Assembly: GCA_030428785.1 (NCBI GenBank)
Contig: JAUIEF010000007.1
Coordinates: forward strand, 1,333 to 65,332
Source: a bacterium
GTDB taxonomy: Bacteria; Planctomycetota; B15-G4
Direction: 5' to 3'
Length of the DNA: 64,000 nucleotides
A program made the translations under genes and the position numbers. Of this stretch, positions 37,442-47,091 are shown in pieces. Each line of letters begins with the position of its first letter. Position 1 is the first letter of the stretch. The notes below the pieces were generated by a model. That model did not search any database. It saw only the letters and a program-made list of their open reading frames with translations, and was not told the DNA's origin.

Positions 37442-38910
37442 GCGTCGTCGGGCTGCTCGTCGTCGCGGTCACGCCCGCGCAGGACGCCGCTGGGCGCCCG
37501 GTCGGGCCTCCGCTCCTCGGGCTCCGTCACGGCGGACGCCGAGGAGTCCCCGGCGAAGTGCAGGCCGCCGCGCCGCGCGAACATGCGCTCGATGCGGTCC
37601 CGCAGGCCCGGCAGCACGAAGCACACGACGACGTCGCCCTCCTTGACCTCGGTGCGGCCGTGCGGGATGAACGCCTCCTTGTCGCGCATGATCGCGCCGA
37701 CGAGCGCGCCGTGCGGGAGCTTGAGGTCCTTGAGCATGATGCCGACGGCCTTCGCGCCGTGGCGCACGACCATCTCCATGACCTCAGCCGTGCTCTCGCC
37801 GATCTTCTGCACGGCCTGCACGCGGCCGCCGCGCGCGTAGCGCAGCAGACGGCCCACCATGGTGAGGCGCGGGTTGATGACCGCGTCGATGTCCAGGCTG
37901 TCGAGCAGCGACACGATGTCCGGGTCCGCCGTCACGACGATGTTGCGGCGCGCGCCGCGCTTCTTCGCGAGCAGCGCGAGCACGAGGTTGTGCTCCTCGT
38001 TGCGGCCGGCGCTGATGAAGAAGTCGGCGGAGGTGAGGCGGCCCTGGCCCTGGATGTCGCTGTCGTTGGGCGAGCCGTTGAGGACGAGCGTGTCGTCGAG
38101 CTCGGCGGCCGCCTGCTGGCAGCGGTCGCGGTCCTCGTCGATGAGCACGACGTTCGTGCGCTTCTGCAGCCGCTGCGCCACGGCGATGCCGAGCCGCTCG
38201 GCGCCGTACACGACGACGCGCTGCACGCGGTCGGTGCCCGACACGACCTTGCGGAACGTCGGCAGCGAGCGCTCGGTCATGAGCATGAAGACGCGGTCGC
38301 CCGGCTCCATGGCGTCGTCGCCCTTGGGCACGATGTGCTGGCCGCCGCGCTGGATGGACGCCACGAGGAACTCCTGCCCCGAGTAGTCCTCCTTGAGGCG
38401 GTGCAGCGGCCGCCCGCAGAGCACGGAGTTCTCCTCGAGGTCGAACGAGCGCAGGAAGATGCGCCCGCCGGCGAAGTCGCCCACGTCGATGGAGCCCGGC
38501 GCGTCGACGAGCGCGACGATGCTGTCGACCGCGATCTCGTCGGGGTTGATGAAGCGCGTGATGCCGAGCTTCACCGGGTCGACGAGCGGCGACTCCGACA
38601 CGAAGTCCGGGTTGCGCACGCGCGCGAGCGTCCGGCGCACGCCCATGCCGTGCGCGGCGGCGCACGCGAGCATGTTCACCTCGTCCTGGTTCGACACGGC
38701 GATGAACAGGTCCGCGTCCGCGGTGCCCGCCGCGGTGAGCGACGAGCCGGCCGTCGCGCCGCCCTGCACGGTGAGCACGTCCAGCCGGTCGCGCAGGTAC
38801 TCGAGCTTCTCGGCGTCCACGTCGATGATCGCGATGTGGTGCCCCTCGACGCCGAGCTCGCGCGCGAGGTGGAAGCCCACCGCGCCCGCGCCGGCGATGA
38901 CGATCTTCAT
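37438..38910 (-). CDS. trkA: Trk system NAD-binding subunit TrkA
   Basis: Same frame as track ORF 37438..41607, trimmed to ATG 38910 (MKIVIAGAGAVGFHLAREL). Two RCK/Rossmann halves (the second is VVVYGAERLGIAVAQRL). Charged C-terminal tail. Confidence 0.85.
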   Translation of the reverse strand: MKIVIAGAGAVGFHLARELGVEGHHIAIIDVDAEKLEYLRDRLDVLTVQGGATAGSSLTAAGTADADLFIAVSNQDEVNMLACAAAHGMGVRRTLARVRNPDFVSESPLVDPVKLGITRFINPDEIAVDSIVALVDAPGSIDVGDFAGGRIFLRSFDLEENSVLCGRPLHRLKEDYSGQEFLVASIQRGGQHIVPKGDDAMEPGDRVFMLMTERSLPTFRKVVSGTDRVQRVVVYGAERLGIAVAQRLQKRTNVVLIDEDRDRCQQAAAELDDTLVLNGSPNDSDIQGQGRLTSADFFISAGRNEEHNLVLALLAKKRGARRNIVVTADPDIVSLLDSLDIDAVINPRLTMVGRLLRYARGGRVQAVQKIGESTAEVMEMVVRHGAKAVGIMLKDLKLPHGALVGAIMRDKEAFIPHGRTEVKEGDVVVCFVLPGLRDRIERMFARRGGLHFAGDSSASAVTEPEERRPDRAPSGVLRGRDRDDEQPDDA

Positions 38911-41681
38911 CGGTGGGTCGTCCCCCCGGGGTCGGTCTCCGTGGCGGTGCCGCCGGGCGCCTCCTCGCCGCCGGCGGCCTCGTCGCCGGTCGGCGCGGCC
39001 GGCGTGTCGTCCGCGATCGTGTCGTCGTCGGTCGCGGCCGGCTCGACGCCGGTGTCCGGAGCGCCGCCGTCCGCGGGCGCGTCGTCGCCCGAGCTGTCGT
39101 CGCCCGTGCCCCCGTCGGCGGTCGCGCCGTCGTCCGGGACCCCGTCCACGGCCGCCCCGTCGACGGTCGCGTCGCCGGCGCTCTCCCCGGCCGGCGCCCC
39201 GTCCTCGGACGGCACGGTGCCCGTCGCGGGCAGCGCGTCCTCCGCGGCGATCGCGGGCTCGAGCTCGGCGAGCAGCACCTCGACCTCGGCGCGCAGCGCG
39301 TCGCCCTCGTCGGGGACGCGCGCCTGGAGCCGGCGCAGCGTCGCGACGGCGGCGTGGTCGCGTCCCAGCCCGGCCTGCACGCGCGCGAGCCGGAACATGA
39401 CGTCGTTGTCGGTCGGGTCGAGGTCGTGGAGCTCCGTGACGAGCGGCAGCGCCTCCTGCCAGCGGCCCGCCCCCATGAGCCCGCGCACGGCGCCGCGCTG
39501 CGTCTCGAGGCGCGTCGCGTCGCCCTCGGCGAGCTCGTCGAGGCGCTCGAGGTACCAGTCGGCGGCCTCGCTCGTCCTGCCGAGCTGCTCGCTCGTGCGC
39601 GCGAGGAGCTCGAGGCGCATGCGCGGCGCGGGGTACGGCGCGCCGGCCTCGTGGAGCTCGACGAGCATCTGGTAGGCCTCGGCGGCCTGGCCGTTGAGGC
39701 ACAGCACCTCGGCGAGGTGACCGCGCGCGAGCGACACGACGTCGCGCGAGCCCGGGTCGCCCTCGTGCCGCAGGAGGATCTCGCGCAGCGCCCACGCGGC
39801 GAGGCCGGGGTTGCCGACCTCCTGGAGCGTGCCGGCCATCTCGAGCCAGCCGTCCGCCGCGACGCCCTCGCCGAGCACGAGCAGCGCGCGGCGCGCGGCG
39901 TCCACGAGCTCGGCGGCGCTGTCGCCCGTCCACGACGAGAGCACGCGCCCGATGACGCCGACGCCCTCGCGCTCGCCGATCTCGCCGAGCGCCGTGACGA
40001 TGCGCACCATGACGCCCGCGTCCGTCTCCGCGCGCGACCGCCGGTCGAGCTGCGCGAACGCGTCCGCGCCGCCCGCCTCGCCGACCGAGCTCGCGGCCTC
40101 GGCGCGCACCGACGCGTCGACGTCGTCGAGCAGCCGGCCGAGGAGCGCGAGCACCTGCGGGCGCGCCGGGTCGTCGCCGGGGATCGTCCGCGCGCGGTCG
40201 CCGAGCGCCTTGGCGAGCGCGTAGCGCACGTCGCGCACGTCCTCGTTGCCGGCCACGGACTCCACCGCGGCGAGCGCGGCGGGCAGCTCGGCGGACGCCA
40301 TGATCGCGGCGACGGCCGCCGCGCGCACCGTCGCCGAGTGCGCGGGGTCGAGCCAGGCCGCGAGCCGGTCGAGCACGCCGGACGGCTGGTTGCTCGCGAC
40401 GACGCGCAGCACGGTGACGAGCGTCCCCTCGGTGACGGGCGATCGCTCGACGTAGTCCAGCAGCGGGTCGACGACCTCCGGGTGGTCGCGCAGCCGCTCG
40501 AAGGCCGCGGCCGCCACGGCCGCGATGCCGGGGTCGCCGGAGCGCAGCTCGGAGAGCAGCACGTCCTGCACGGCGGCGTTGCCGCGGCCGAGCACGCCGA
40601 GCGTCGCGACGAGCGCGGCGCGCACCTGCGGGTCGGCCTCGCCGCGCCCGCCGGCCTCGCCCTGCCCGTTCGTGCCGCCGTCGCCGTTCACGTAGCCGTG
40701 ACCGTTCGCGCCGTAGCCGAGCCGGTCGAGCAGCACGGGGATGGCCGTCGCGGCCTGCTCGCCGTTCGGGTGCGAGGCGAGCCGCTGCGCGCTCGCGAGG
40801 CGCACCGCCGCGTACTCGTCGGAGAGCCCGCCGATGAGCTGGTCGACGTCCGACCCCATGAGCCGGATGCGCATCTGCACGATCTCCTCGCGCATGCGCG
40901 ACTCGGTCTCCGTGCGCGCCTCGCGCTCGGAGGCGAGGCTGCGCTCGAGGAGGACGTCGCGGCCGAGGTCGCGCGAGCGGTCCCAGAAGGAGCGCCACGC
41001 GAGACGGTCGTTGCCGAAGGCGTGCCCGGTGAGCTCCTCGAGGGCGCGCCGCGCGGGGTCGCCGAGCGCGCCGTCCACCCGGTCGACGAGCGGGTCGACC
41101 GCGCGCAGGTCGCGCGACTTGCCGAGCACGCGCACGATGGTCACCTGCGCGGCGTGCGGCAGGTCGGCCGCGACGAGCCGCGCGACGAGGCGCTCCGTGA
41201 CGTCGGACTGCCCGCGCGCGAGACGCACGAGGTAGTCGAGCGTGAGCCGGGAGATCTCCGGGTCCTCGGCCTTCGACGCGAGCACGATGCTCTCGGGGAG
41301 CAGCGCGACGGAGGTCGTCGTCTGGAGCGCCTGGAGGATGCCGAGGATCGCCTCCCGGTCGGAGCCGGCCATGACCTCGGCGAGGGTCCGGACGTCGCCC
41401 GCGTCGAGCAGGCGCGTCGCGTGGATCGCGAGGACGGGCACCTCCTCCGTGCCGTCCCGGAGCGCGCGCCGCGAGGCGCGGACCTGCGGCGACGCGTCCT
41501 CGTCGTCCGCGGCCCCGCCCCGCCCGGCGCCCGCCTCCTGCGCGGGCTCCCCGTCCTGCACGCGCAGAGCGGCGCGCGCGGACGGCGCCGTCAGGGCCGC
41601 CCCGCACAGCGCGGCGACCGCCAGGAGCCTGGCCGTCGTCGCGATCCGCGGGCGGAGGGGATCGTCACCGAGTGCTGTCAT
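38907..41681 (-). CDS. secreted HEAT/TPR repeat protein with an acidic low-complexity C-terminal tail
   Basis: Track ORF 38907..41882 trimmed to ATG 41681. Signal peptide ARLLAVAALCGAALTAPSARA. HEAT-like repeats (VRAAAVAAI, VRAEAASSVGE) and TPR-like helices. The last 110 aa or so are rich in D, G, A, T and P. The stop overlaps the trkA ATG. Confidence 0.6.
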   Translation of the reverse strand: MTALGDDPLRPRIATTARLLAVAALCGAALTAPSARAALRVQDGEPAQEAGAGRGGAADDEDASPQVRASRRALRDGTEEVPVLAIHATRLLDAGDVRTLAEVMAGSDREAILGILQALQTTTSVALLPESIVLASKAEDPEISRLTLDYLVRLARGQSDVTERLVARLVAADLPHAAQVTIVRVLGKSRDLRAVDPLVDRVDGALGDPARRALEELTGHAFGNDRLAWRSFWDRSRDLGRDVLLERSLASEREARTETESRMREEIVQMRIRLMGSDVDQLIGGLSDEYAAVRLASAQRLASHPNGEQAATAIPVLLDRLGYGANGHGYVNGDGGTNGQGEAGGRGEADPQVRAALVATLGVLGRGNAAVQDVLLSELRSGDPGIAAVAAAAFERLRDHPEVVDPLLDYVERSPVTEGTLVTVLRVVASNQPSGVLDRLAAWLDPAHSATVRAAAVAAIMASAELPAALAAVESVAGNEDVRDVRYALAKALGDRARTIPGDDPARPQVLALLGRLLDDVDASVRAEAASSVGEAGGADAFAQLDRRSRAETDAGVMVRIVTALGEIGEREGVGVIGRVLSSWTGDSAAELVDAARRALLVLGEGVAADGWLEMAGTLQEVGNPGLAAWALREILLRHEGDPGSRDVVSLARGHLAEVLCLNGQAAEAYQMLVELHEAGAPYPAPRMRLELLARTSEQLGRTSEAADWYLERLDELAEGDATRLETQRGAVRGLMGAGRWQEALPLVTELHDLDPTDNDVMFRLARVQAGLGRDHAAVATLRRLQARVPDEGDALRAEVEVLLAELEPAIAAEDALPATGTVPSEDGAPAGESAGDATVDGAAVDGVPDDGATADGGTGDDSSGDDAPADGGAPDTGVEPAATDDDTIADDTPAAPTGDEAAGGEEAPGGTATETDPGGTTHR

Positions 41682-42219
41682 CTGCGGGCCGTGGGGGCCA
41701 ACGAGCGAGGACGGCCAGTATAGGATCCGGCCCCTCGACGGAAATCGTGCTGTCGGCCGCCGCCCGGTAGAGCGGATCGCGCCGCGCGAGGAGGGCGGCG
41801 ACCTCCGCGGCGGGCGGGAGGCCGGTGAGCGGGGGTCGCGGGCGGGCCGCCGAGCGGGCGACGAGCGTCTCGACCGACGCATGGAGGTAGACCACGAACG
41901 CGGGCCGCGCCAGGGCCTCGAAGGCCTCGCCGCCGAGGACCGCCCCCCCGCCCGTGGCGACGACGTGGTCGCGGAGGTCGGCGGCCGCGAGGAGCACGGC
42001 CTGTTCGTGGGCCCGGAAGGCGTCCTCGCCGTCCTCCGCGAGGACGGCGTCGGCGCCGCGCCCCGCGCGGGCGGCGAGCGCCTCGTCGAGGTCGACGAAG
42101 GGCCGGCCGGCGCGGCGGGCGACCTCCCGGCCGAGGGTCGTCTTGCCGCACGCCCGGAGCCCGATGAGGACGAGGTTGCCGGAGCCGTCGTCGGGGCTCG
42201 TGGGCCGCCCGGGGGTCAT
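41665..42219 (-). CDS. aroK: shikimate kinase
   Basis: Same frame as track ORF 41665..44010, trimmed to ATG 42219. Walker A LIGLRACGKTTLG, then VVATGGGAV. 184 aa. The 3' end overlaps the next gene's start by 17 nt. Confidence 0.75.
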   Translation of the reverse strand: MTPGRPTSPDDGSGNLVLIGLRACGKTTLGREVARRAGRPFVDLDEALAARAGRGADAVLAEDGEDAFRAHEQAVLLAAADLRDHVVATGGGAVLGGEAFEALARPAFVVYLHASVETLVARSAARPRPPLTGLPPAAEVAALLARRDPLYRAAADSTISVEGPDPILAVLARWPPRPADDSTR

Positions 42220-42290
42220 GCGCAGTCTGGAGCCGGGGGCCGGTCTCCCCGGGGCGCCGGAACCGGCGTCGCGCGCGGGGAGGGGGGAGT

Positions 42291-42368
42291 TGGTAGTCCC
42301 AAGGGGATTCGAACCCCTGTCTGGTGCGTGAGAGGCACCTGTCCTAGACCTGACTAGACGATGGGACC
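42291..42368 (-). tRNA. tRNA-Glu (anticodon CUC), CCA encoded
   Basis: The reverse complement reads GGTCCCA TC GTCT AGTCAGGTCT AGGAC A GGTGC CTCTCAC GCACC AGAC AGGGG TTCGAAT CCCCT TGGGACT A CCA. This is a full cloverleaf and closely parallels canonical bacterial tRNA-Glu. Confidence 0.9.
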
Positions 42369-42484
42369 ACCGGCAAACAGAGCGGGGGATTTTCGTAGAG
42401 GGGGGCGCGAATTCCAAGCAGAATCCTGGGCCCCTCCCGGCCGCGCCCCCGCTCCGCAGCGCCGCCCCCCGCCCCCGCTCCCCC

Positions 42485-44419
42485 ATGGCCGCCCGACGCT
42501 CCCCGATCCTGCCGATCCTCGCCGGTCTCGCGGCCGTCACGGCCCTCGCGGCGGCCGTCTTCCTGCTGCTCGAGGACACGCCGGAGGTCGCGCCGGCGGA
42601 GCCGCAGCCCGTCGTGGCGGAGCCCGCGCCGGAGCCCGAGGCGCCCGCCGAGCCGTCGCTGCCGGTGTACGTCCCGGAGGAGCGTGAGCAGCCGCCCGCC
42701 GCGGAGGAGGCGCCCACCGCCGCCGTGTCCGGGCGCCTCGTGACGCCCGAGCGGCTGCCCGTGACGCGCGGCCGGGTCACGATCCTCGCCGGGCGGCGCT
42801 CGGTCTTCCTCGCGGGCGGCGCGCACCTCGAGCCCGTCGACGTCGACCCGGTGGAGGTGGACGGGGAGGGGCGCTTCCACGTCGCCGGGCTGCCGATCCG
42901 CGGCGACCTCGTGCTGCGCGTCGACGGCGACGCGTTCGTGCGCGCGGAGTTCGGGCCGTACGTGCTGCAGCCGGGCGAGACGCTCGACGCGGGCGACCTC
43001 GTCGTCGAGGCGGGGTACACGCTCGTGGGCACCGTGTTCGGCGCGACGCAGCGCGAGCTGCCGGGCGCGCAGGTCGCGCTGTCGTACGGCACGCTCGCCG
43101 AGGCGTTCTCCGACGGCGAGGGCTGGTCGCGTCCGGAGCGCATCGTGATCACGGACGACGAGGGCGCGTTCCGCATCGAGCACGCGCCGCGGTTCCCGTT
43201 CCTGATCGCGGTGACCGCGGACGGGCACGCGAACACCGTCGTGCAGGGCGGCACGGCGACGGGCGACGACCTCGCCGAGCAGCGCTTCACGATCGTGCTC
43301 GAGCAGGCGCGCTCGCTCTCGGGACGCGCGGTGTCCAAGGAGGACGACGCGCCCGTTGCCGGGCTCACGGTCATCGTGCAGTGCGAGGGTCTCAAGCCGG
43401 GGCGCGGCGTCGCGACGACCGGGAAGGACGGGCGCTTCACGGTCGGCGACCTCGGGCCCGGTCCGTACCGCATCGACGCGGACGCCAAGGGCTGGTCGCG
43501 TCGGATGGTCGACGTCATGGACCCGGAGGAGGAGGTGCTGCTCGTCATGACGCCGGAGGGCGCGGTGCGCGGGCGCATCGTCGACCCGGAGGGCGAGCCC
43601 GTCACGGCCTTCGACCTGCGCGTGCTCCACGGGCCCAAGAAGACCGTCACGACGACGCCCCTGGGCGGCACGCGACGCATCCGCGACGGCGAGGGGCGCT
43701 TCGAGCTGCGCGACGTCGAGACGGGCTGGATCCGGCTCGAGGCGTGGGCGCGCGGCTTCGCGCTCACGACGTCGGAGCCCGTCCGCGTGCGACCCGGCGC
43801 GGACGTCGGCGGCGTCACGCTCACGCTCCAGTACGGCGCGACGATGCGCGGACGCGTCGTCGACGACCTCGACCAGCCGATCGCCGGCGCGAAGATCACG
43901 CTGCACGAGAACAAGCTCGCCAACGTGGAGTTCCTGCGCAGCCGGCAGTGGCCGCGCTCGTGGCAGGCCGTGCAGGGCGTGACGGACTCCGACGGCGTGT
44001 TCCAGCTCACGGACGCGACGGAGCGCGTGTACCAGGTGCAGGTGGACCACCCGGACTATCCCGTCTACCTCGTCGACGACGTCGAGGCGACGGCGGGCGC
44101 GCTCACGGAGATGCCGACGCTCGTCGTGCCGCGGCCGGGGACGATCCGCGGCACGGCGATGGCCGCCGACGGCCAGGCGCTGCGGCGCGGCACGGTGTTC
44201 CTCGGCGGGCCGGAGAACCGGCAGGCGCAGACGGACGGCGAGGGGCGCTTCGTCTTCCGGCGGCTGCTGCCCGGGGACTACCACCTCGACGCGCGGCCCG
44301 ACAAGCGGAGCGCGGGATTCGACTTCGCGCTCGAGGTGAAGCGCGCGCTCGAGAGCGTGCCGGTCCGCGTCGGTCCGGGCGAGGAGACCACGACGACGGT
44401 CGTCGCGCCGACGCTCTGA
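42485..44419 (+). CDS. membrane-anchored protein with about 6 carboxypeptidase-regulatory-like (CarboxypepD_reg) domains
   Basis: N-terminal TM segment ILPILAGLAAVTALAAAVFLL. Six repeats of the form xxGRVVDxxGxPxxGAxV...TDxxGxFxxxxLxPGxYxL. Confidence 0.7.
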   Translation: MAARRSPILPILAGLAAVTALAAAVFLLLEDTPEVAPAEPQPVVAEPAPEPEAPAEPSLPVYVPEEREQPPAAEEAPTAAVSGRLVTPERLPVTRGRVTILAGRRSVFLAGGAHLEPVDVDPVEVDGEGRFHVAGLPIRGDLVLRVDGDAFVRAEFGPYVLQPGETLDAGDLVVEAGYTLVGTVFGATQRELPGAQVALSYGTLAEAFSDGEGWSRPERIVITDDEGAFRIEHAPRFPFLIAVTADGHANTVVQGGTATGDDLAEQRFTIVLEQARSLSGRAVSKEDDAPVAGLTVIVQCEGLKPGRGVATTGKDGRFTVGDLGPGPYRIDADAKGWSRRMVDVMDPEEEVLLVMTPEGAVRGRIVDPEGEPVTAFDLRVLHGPKKTVTTTPLGGTRRIRDGEGRFELRDVETGWIRLEAWARGFALTTSEPVRVRPGADVGGVTLTLQYGATMRGRVVDDLDQPIAGAKITLHENKLANVEFLRSRQWPRSWQAVQGVTDSDGVFQLTDATERVYQVQVDHPDYPVYLVDDVEATAGALTEMPTLVVPRPGTIRGTAMAADGQALRRGTVFLGGPENRQAQTDGEGRFVFRRLLPGDYHLDARPDKRSAGFDFALEVKRALESVPVRVGPGEETTTTVVAPTL

Positions 44420-44425
44420 GCGCGC

Positions 44426-45532
44426 TCAGCCGGCGCGCACCTGCTCGACGGTCGCGCGCAGGCAGGCGTCGAGGTCGCCGGGCACGACGCCCAGCTCGCG
44501 CTCGGCGCGCCCCGTGTCGAACCACATCCAGCGTCCGAACACGGCGAGCATGTCCGGCGTGAACCACACGCGGTCCGGGACCCACGGCTCGACGAGCTCG
44601 GCGAGGGCGCGCGCGACGCCGCCGAGCCGCGTCGGCAGGAGGCGCGGCGCGAGGTCGAGCCCGCCCGCGGCACCGACGCGCTTCACGAGCTCGTGCAGCC
44701 AGAGGTTCTCGCCGCCGAGGATGTAGCGGCGCCCCGTGCGGCCGCGCGCAGCGGCGGCGAGGCAGCCCTCGACGACCGTGTCGAGCGGCACGACGTTCAC
44801 GCCCGACGGCGGCACGAGGCCCAGGCGCCCGGCGAGGATCTGCCGCACGACGTTCGAGGAGTTCGCCGGCACCTGCGACGGACCGTAGATCGCGGCGGGG
44901 TTCACGAGGACCGCGTCGAGGCCGCGCGCGAGGCCGCGGCGCACCTCGCCCTCCGCCTCGTGCTTCGTGTCGAAGTAGGCGGCGTCGAGGACGCCCGCGG
45001 TCCAGTCGGCGTCCTCGTCGAGGAGCACGGGCTCGTCGGTGACGCCGACCGCGGCGATGCTGCTCACGTGGAGCAGGCGCGGGACGTCCGCCGCGAGGCA
45101 GGCGTCGACGACGCGGCGCGTGCCGCCGACGTTCGTGCGCGCCATGAGCCCGCGCTGGCGGCGCCGGTAGCCGATGACGGCCGCCGAGTGGACGACGAGG
45201 TCGTGGCCGTCGACGGCGCGCGCGAGGGCGTGCGGGTCGGCGCGGTCCGCGGCGAGGTCGCCCTCGACGAGCGTCACGCCGAGGTGCCGCAGCCAGCGCC
45301 GGGTGGCGCGCGCGGACGTCGCCCGCGCGAGGCCCGAGACGGTCGCGCCCTCGTCGACGAGCCGCTTCGCGAGCGCCGTGCCGAGGAAGCCGGTGACGCC
45401 GGTCACGAAGACGCGCGCGCCGGCGACGTCGACGCCGCCCGTCGGCGCGGGCCCGCCGTCGTCGTGCGCGGTGCGCGACCCGCGCCCCGCGGAGTTGCCC
45501 GGCTGCGTCTCGCTCGCCATGATGCCCGCCAT
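44426..45532 (-). CDS. NAD-dependent epimerase/dehydratase (SDR family)
   Basis: Track ORF 44426..45736 trimmed to ATG 45532 (an alternative is at 45520). Carries VTGVTGFLGTALA and YFDTKHEAE (YxxxK). Confidence 0.75.
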   Translation of the reverse strand: MAGIMASETQPGNSAGRGSRTAHDDGGPAPTGGVDVAGARVFVTGVTGFLGTALAKRLVDEGATVSGLARATSARATRRWLRHLGVTLVEGDLAADRADPHALARAVDGHDLVVHSAAVIGYRRRQRGLMARTNVGGTRRVVDACLAADVPRLLHVSSIAAVGVTDEPVLLDEDADWTAGVLDAAYFDTKHEAEGEVRRGLARGLDAVLVNPAAIYGPSQVPANSSNVVRQILAGRLGLVPPSGVNVVPLDTVVEGCLAAAARGRTGRRYILGGENLWLHELVKRVGAAGGLDLAPRLLPTRLGGVARALAELVEPWVPDRVWFTPDMLAVFGRWMWFDTGRAERELGVVPGDLDACLRATVEQVRAG

Positions 45533-46178
45533 GATCCTGAAGACCATCCCCGTCGGCCCGCTGCAGTGCAACTGTTCCATCCTGGGGGACGAGGCGAGCG
45601 GCACGGCCATCGTCGTCGACCCGGGCGACGACGCCCCGCGCATCGCGGCGCTCGTCGAGGAGCTCGGGCTGCGCGTCACGCACATCGTCCACACGCACGC
45701 GCACATCGACCACATCGGCGGGAGCGCCGAGTTCAAGCGGCTGTGCGGCGGCGAGGCGTCGCTCCACGAGGGCGACCAGTGGCTCTACGAGCACCTCGAC
45801 ATGCAGGCGCAGATGATCGGCCTGCGCGCGACGGAGGCCGTGGCGCTCGACGCCAGGCTCGAGGAGGGCGACCGCTTCGACCTGGGCGGCGACAAGCTCG
45901 AGGTGCTCCACACGCCGGGGCACACGCCGGGGAGCTGCACCTTCGTGCTCGAGCGCGAGGGTCGGCAGATCGTGTTCGCGGGCGACACGCTCTTCCAGGG
46001 CAGCATCGGGCGGACGGACCTCTGGGGCGGCGACTCGGCGCAGATCCTGAAGAGCCTGCGCGGCAAGCTCATGGAGCTCGACGACGACGCGGAGGTCATC
46101 ACCGGGCACGGCCCGTCGACGACCATCGGGGTCGAGCGGCGCACGAACCCGTTCATCACCGGCGAGCTCCGGCTCTGA
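45531..46178 (+). CDS. MBL-fold metallo-hydrolase (glyoxalase II-like)
   Basis: Same frame as track ORF 45174..46178. ATG 45531 (alternatives at 45519 and 45522). Carries HTHAHIDHIGG (HxHxDH), TPGHTPGS and GDTLFQGSIGRTD. Confidence 0.8.
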   Translation: MILKTIPVGPLQCNCSILGDEASGTAIVVDPGDDAPRIAALVEELGLRVTHIVHTHAHIDHIGGSAEFKRLCGGEASLHEGDQWLYEHLDMQAQMIGLRATEAVALDARLEEGDRFDLGGDKLEVLHTPGHTPGSCTFVLEREGRQIVFAGDTLFQGSIGRTDLWGGDSAQILKSLRGKLMELDDDAEVITGHGPSTTIGVERRTNPFITGELRL

Positions 46179-46182
46179 GCGC

Positions 46183-46881
46183 ATGACGACGCGCGTCGCG
46201 CACTACCCGTTCACGTCGCGGCAGGCGTGCGTGCTCGTGCCCGCCGAGGAGCGGGCGTCGGGCGCGCGGCCGCCGCTGCTCGTCGTCGTGCACGGCTACG
46301 CGCAGACGGGCGACCGTCAGCACCGCTGGATGGGACGCGCCGTGCCGCCGGCCTTCGCGGCGGCGTTCCCCGACGGCTTCCACCCGTTCGAGGTGCGCAA
46401 GCAGGGTCGCCCGCCGCGCATCGGCTACGCGTGGTACGTCTTCAGCGGCGACCGACCGGCGTTCCTCGCGAGCCTCGCGCGCGCGAGCGAGGCGCTGTGG
46501 GAGCTCGTCGACCGCCTCGCCGACGACCTCGACGCCGACGCGTCGCGCGTCTTCCTCGCGGGCTTCTCGCAGGGCGCCTACCTGGTCAACCACGCGGCGA
46601 TGACGCGCCCCGACCGTTGCGCCGGCTGGATCGCGCAGTGCGGCAACTTCCGCGAGGACTACCTGCAGGGCGCCGTGCCGGACCTCGCCGGCACGCCCGT
46701 GCTGCTCCAGTACGGAGAGCACGACACGGCGCTGCCCGAGGGCGCCGCGGAGTCCTGCCGCGAGCTCATCACGGGCTTCGGCGCGGACGTCACGACCTCC
46801 GTCCACGACGCCCCCCACGCGATCACGCCCGGCATGGCGGACGAAGCGCGGGACTGGCTCGCCGCGCACGCGGGCGGGTAG
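46183..46881 (+). CDS. alpha/beta hydrolase (phospholipase/carboxylesterase-type esterase)
   Basis: Carries LLVVVHGY and the nucleophile elbow GFSQGA. The C-terminal end has a D...H arrangement (HDTALP, DAPHAI). Confidence 0.7.
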   Translation: MTTRVAHYPFTSRQACVLVPAEERASGARPPLLVVVHGYAQTGDRQHRWMGRAVPPAFAAAFPDGFHPFEVRKQGRPPRIGYAWYVFSGDRPAFLASLARASEALWELVDRLADDLDADASRVFLAGFSQGAYLVNHAAMTRPDRCAGWIAQCGNFREDYLQGAVPDLAGTPVLLQYGEHDTALPEGAAESCRELITGFGADVTTSVHDAPHAITPGMADEARDWLAAHAGG

Positions 46882-47091
46882 CGCACGGCGCGTGACGCGC
46901 GGCGCCCGACCCGGAGCTCACTCGCGCGTTCGCTCGTCTCCCCGCCCGACGTCCGACGTTCCCGCACGCGCGACCCACCGTCTCGCGCGGCGCCCGACGC
47001 CTTGCCTCCCCGCACGCCGAGCGCGCCTCCCCGCCTCACGCGGCGCCCGACGCCCAGGCTCCGCCCGCTCGTTCGCGCGACACGTCCCCAG

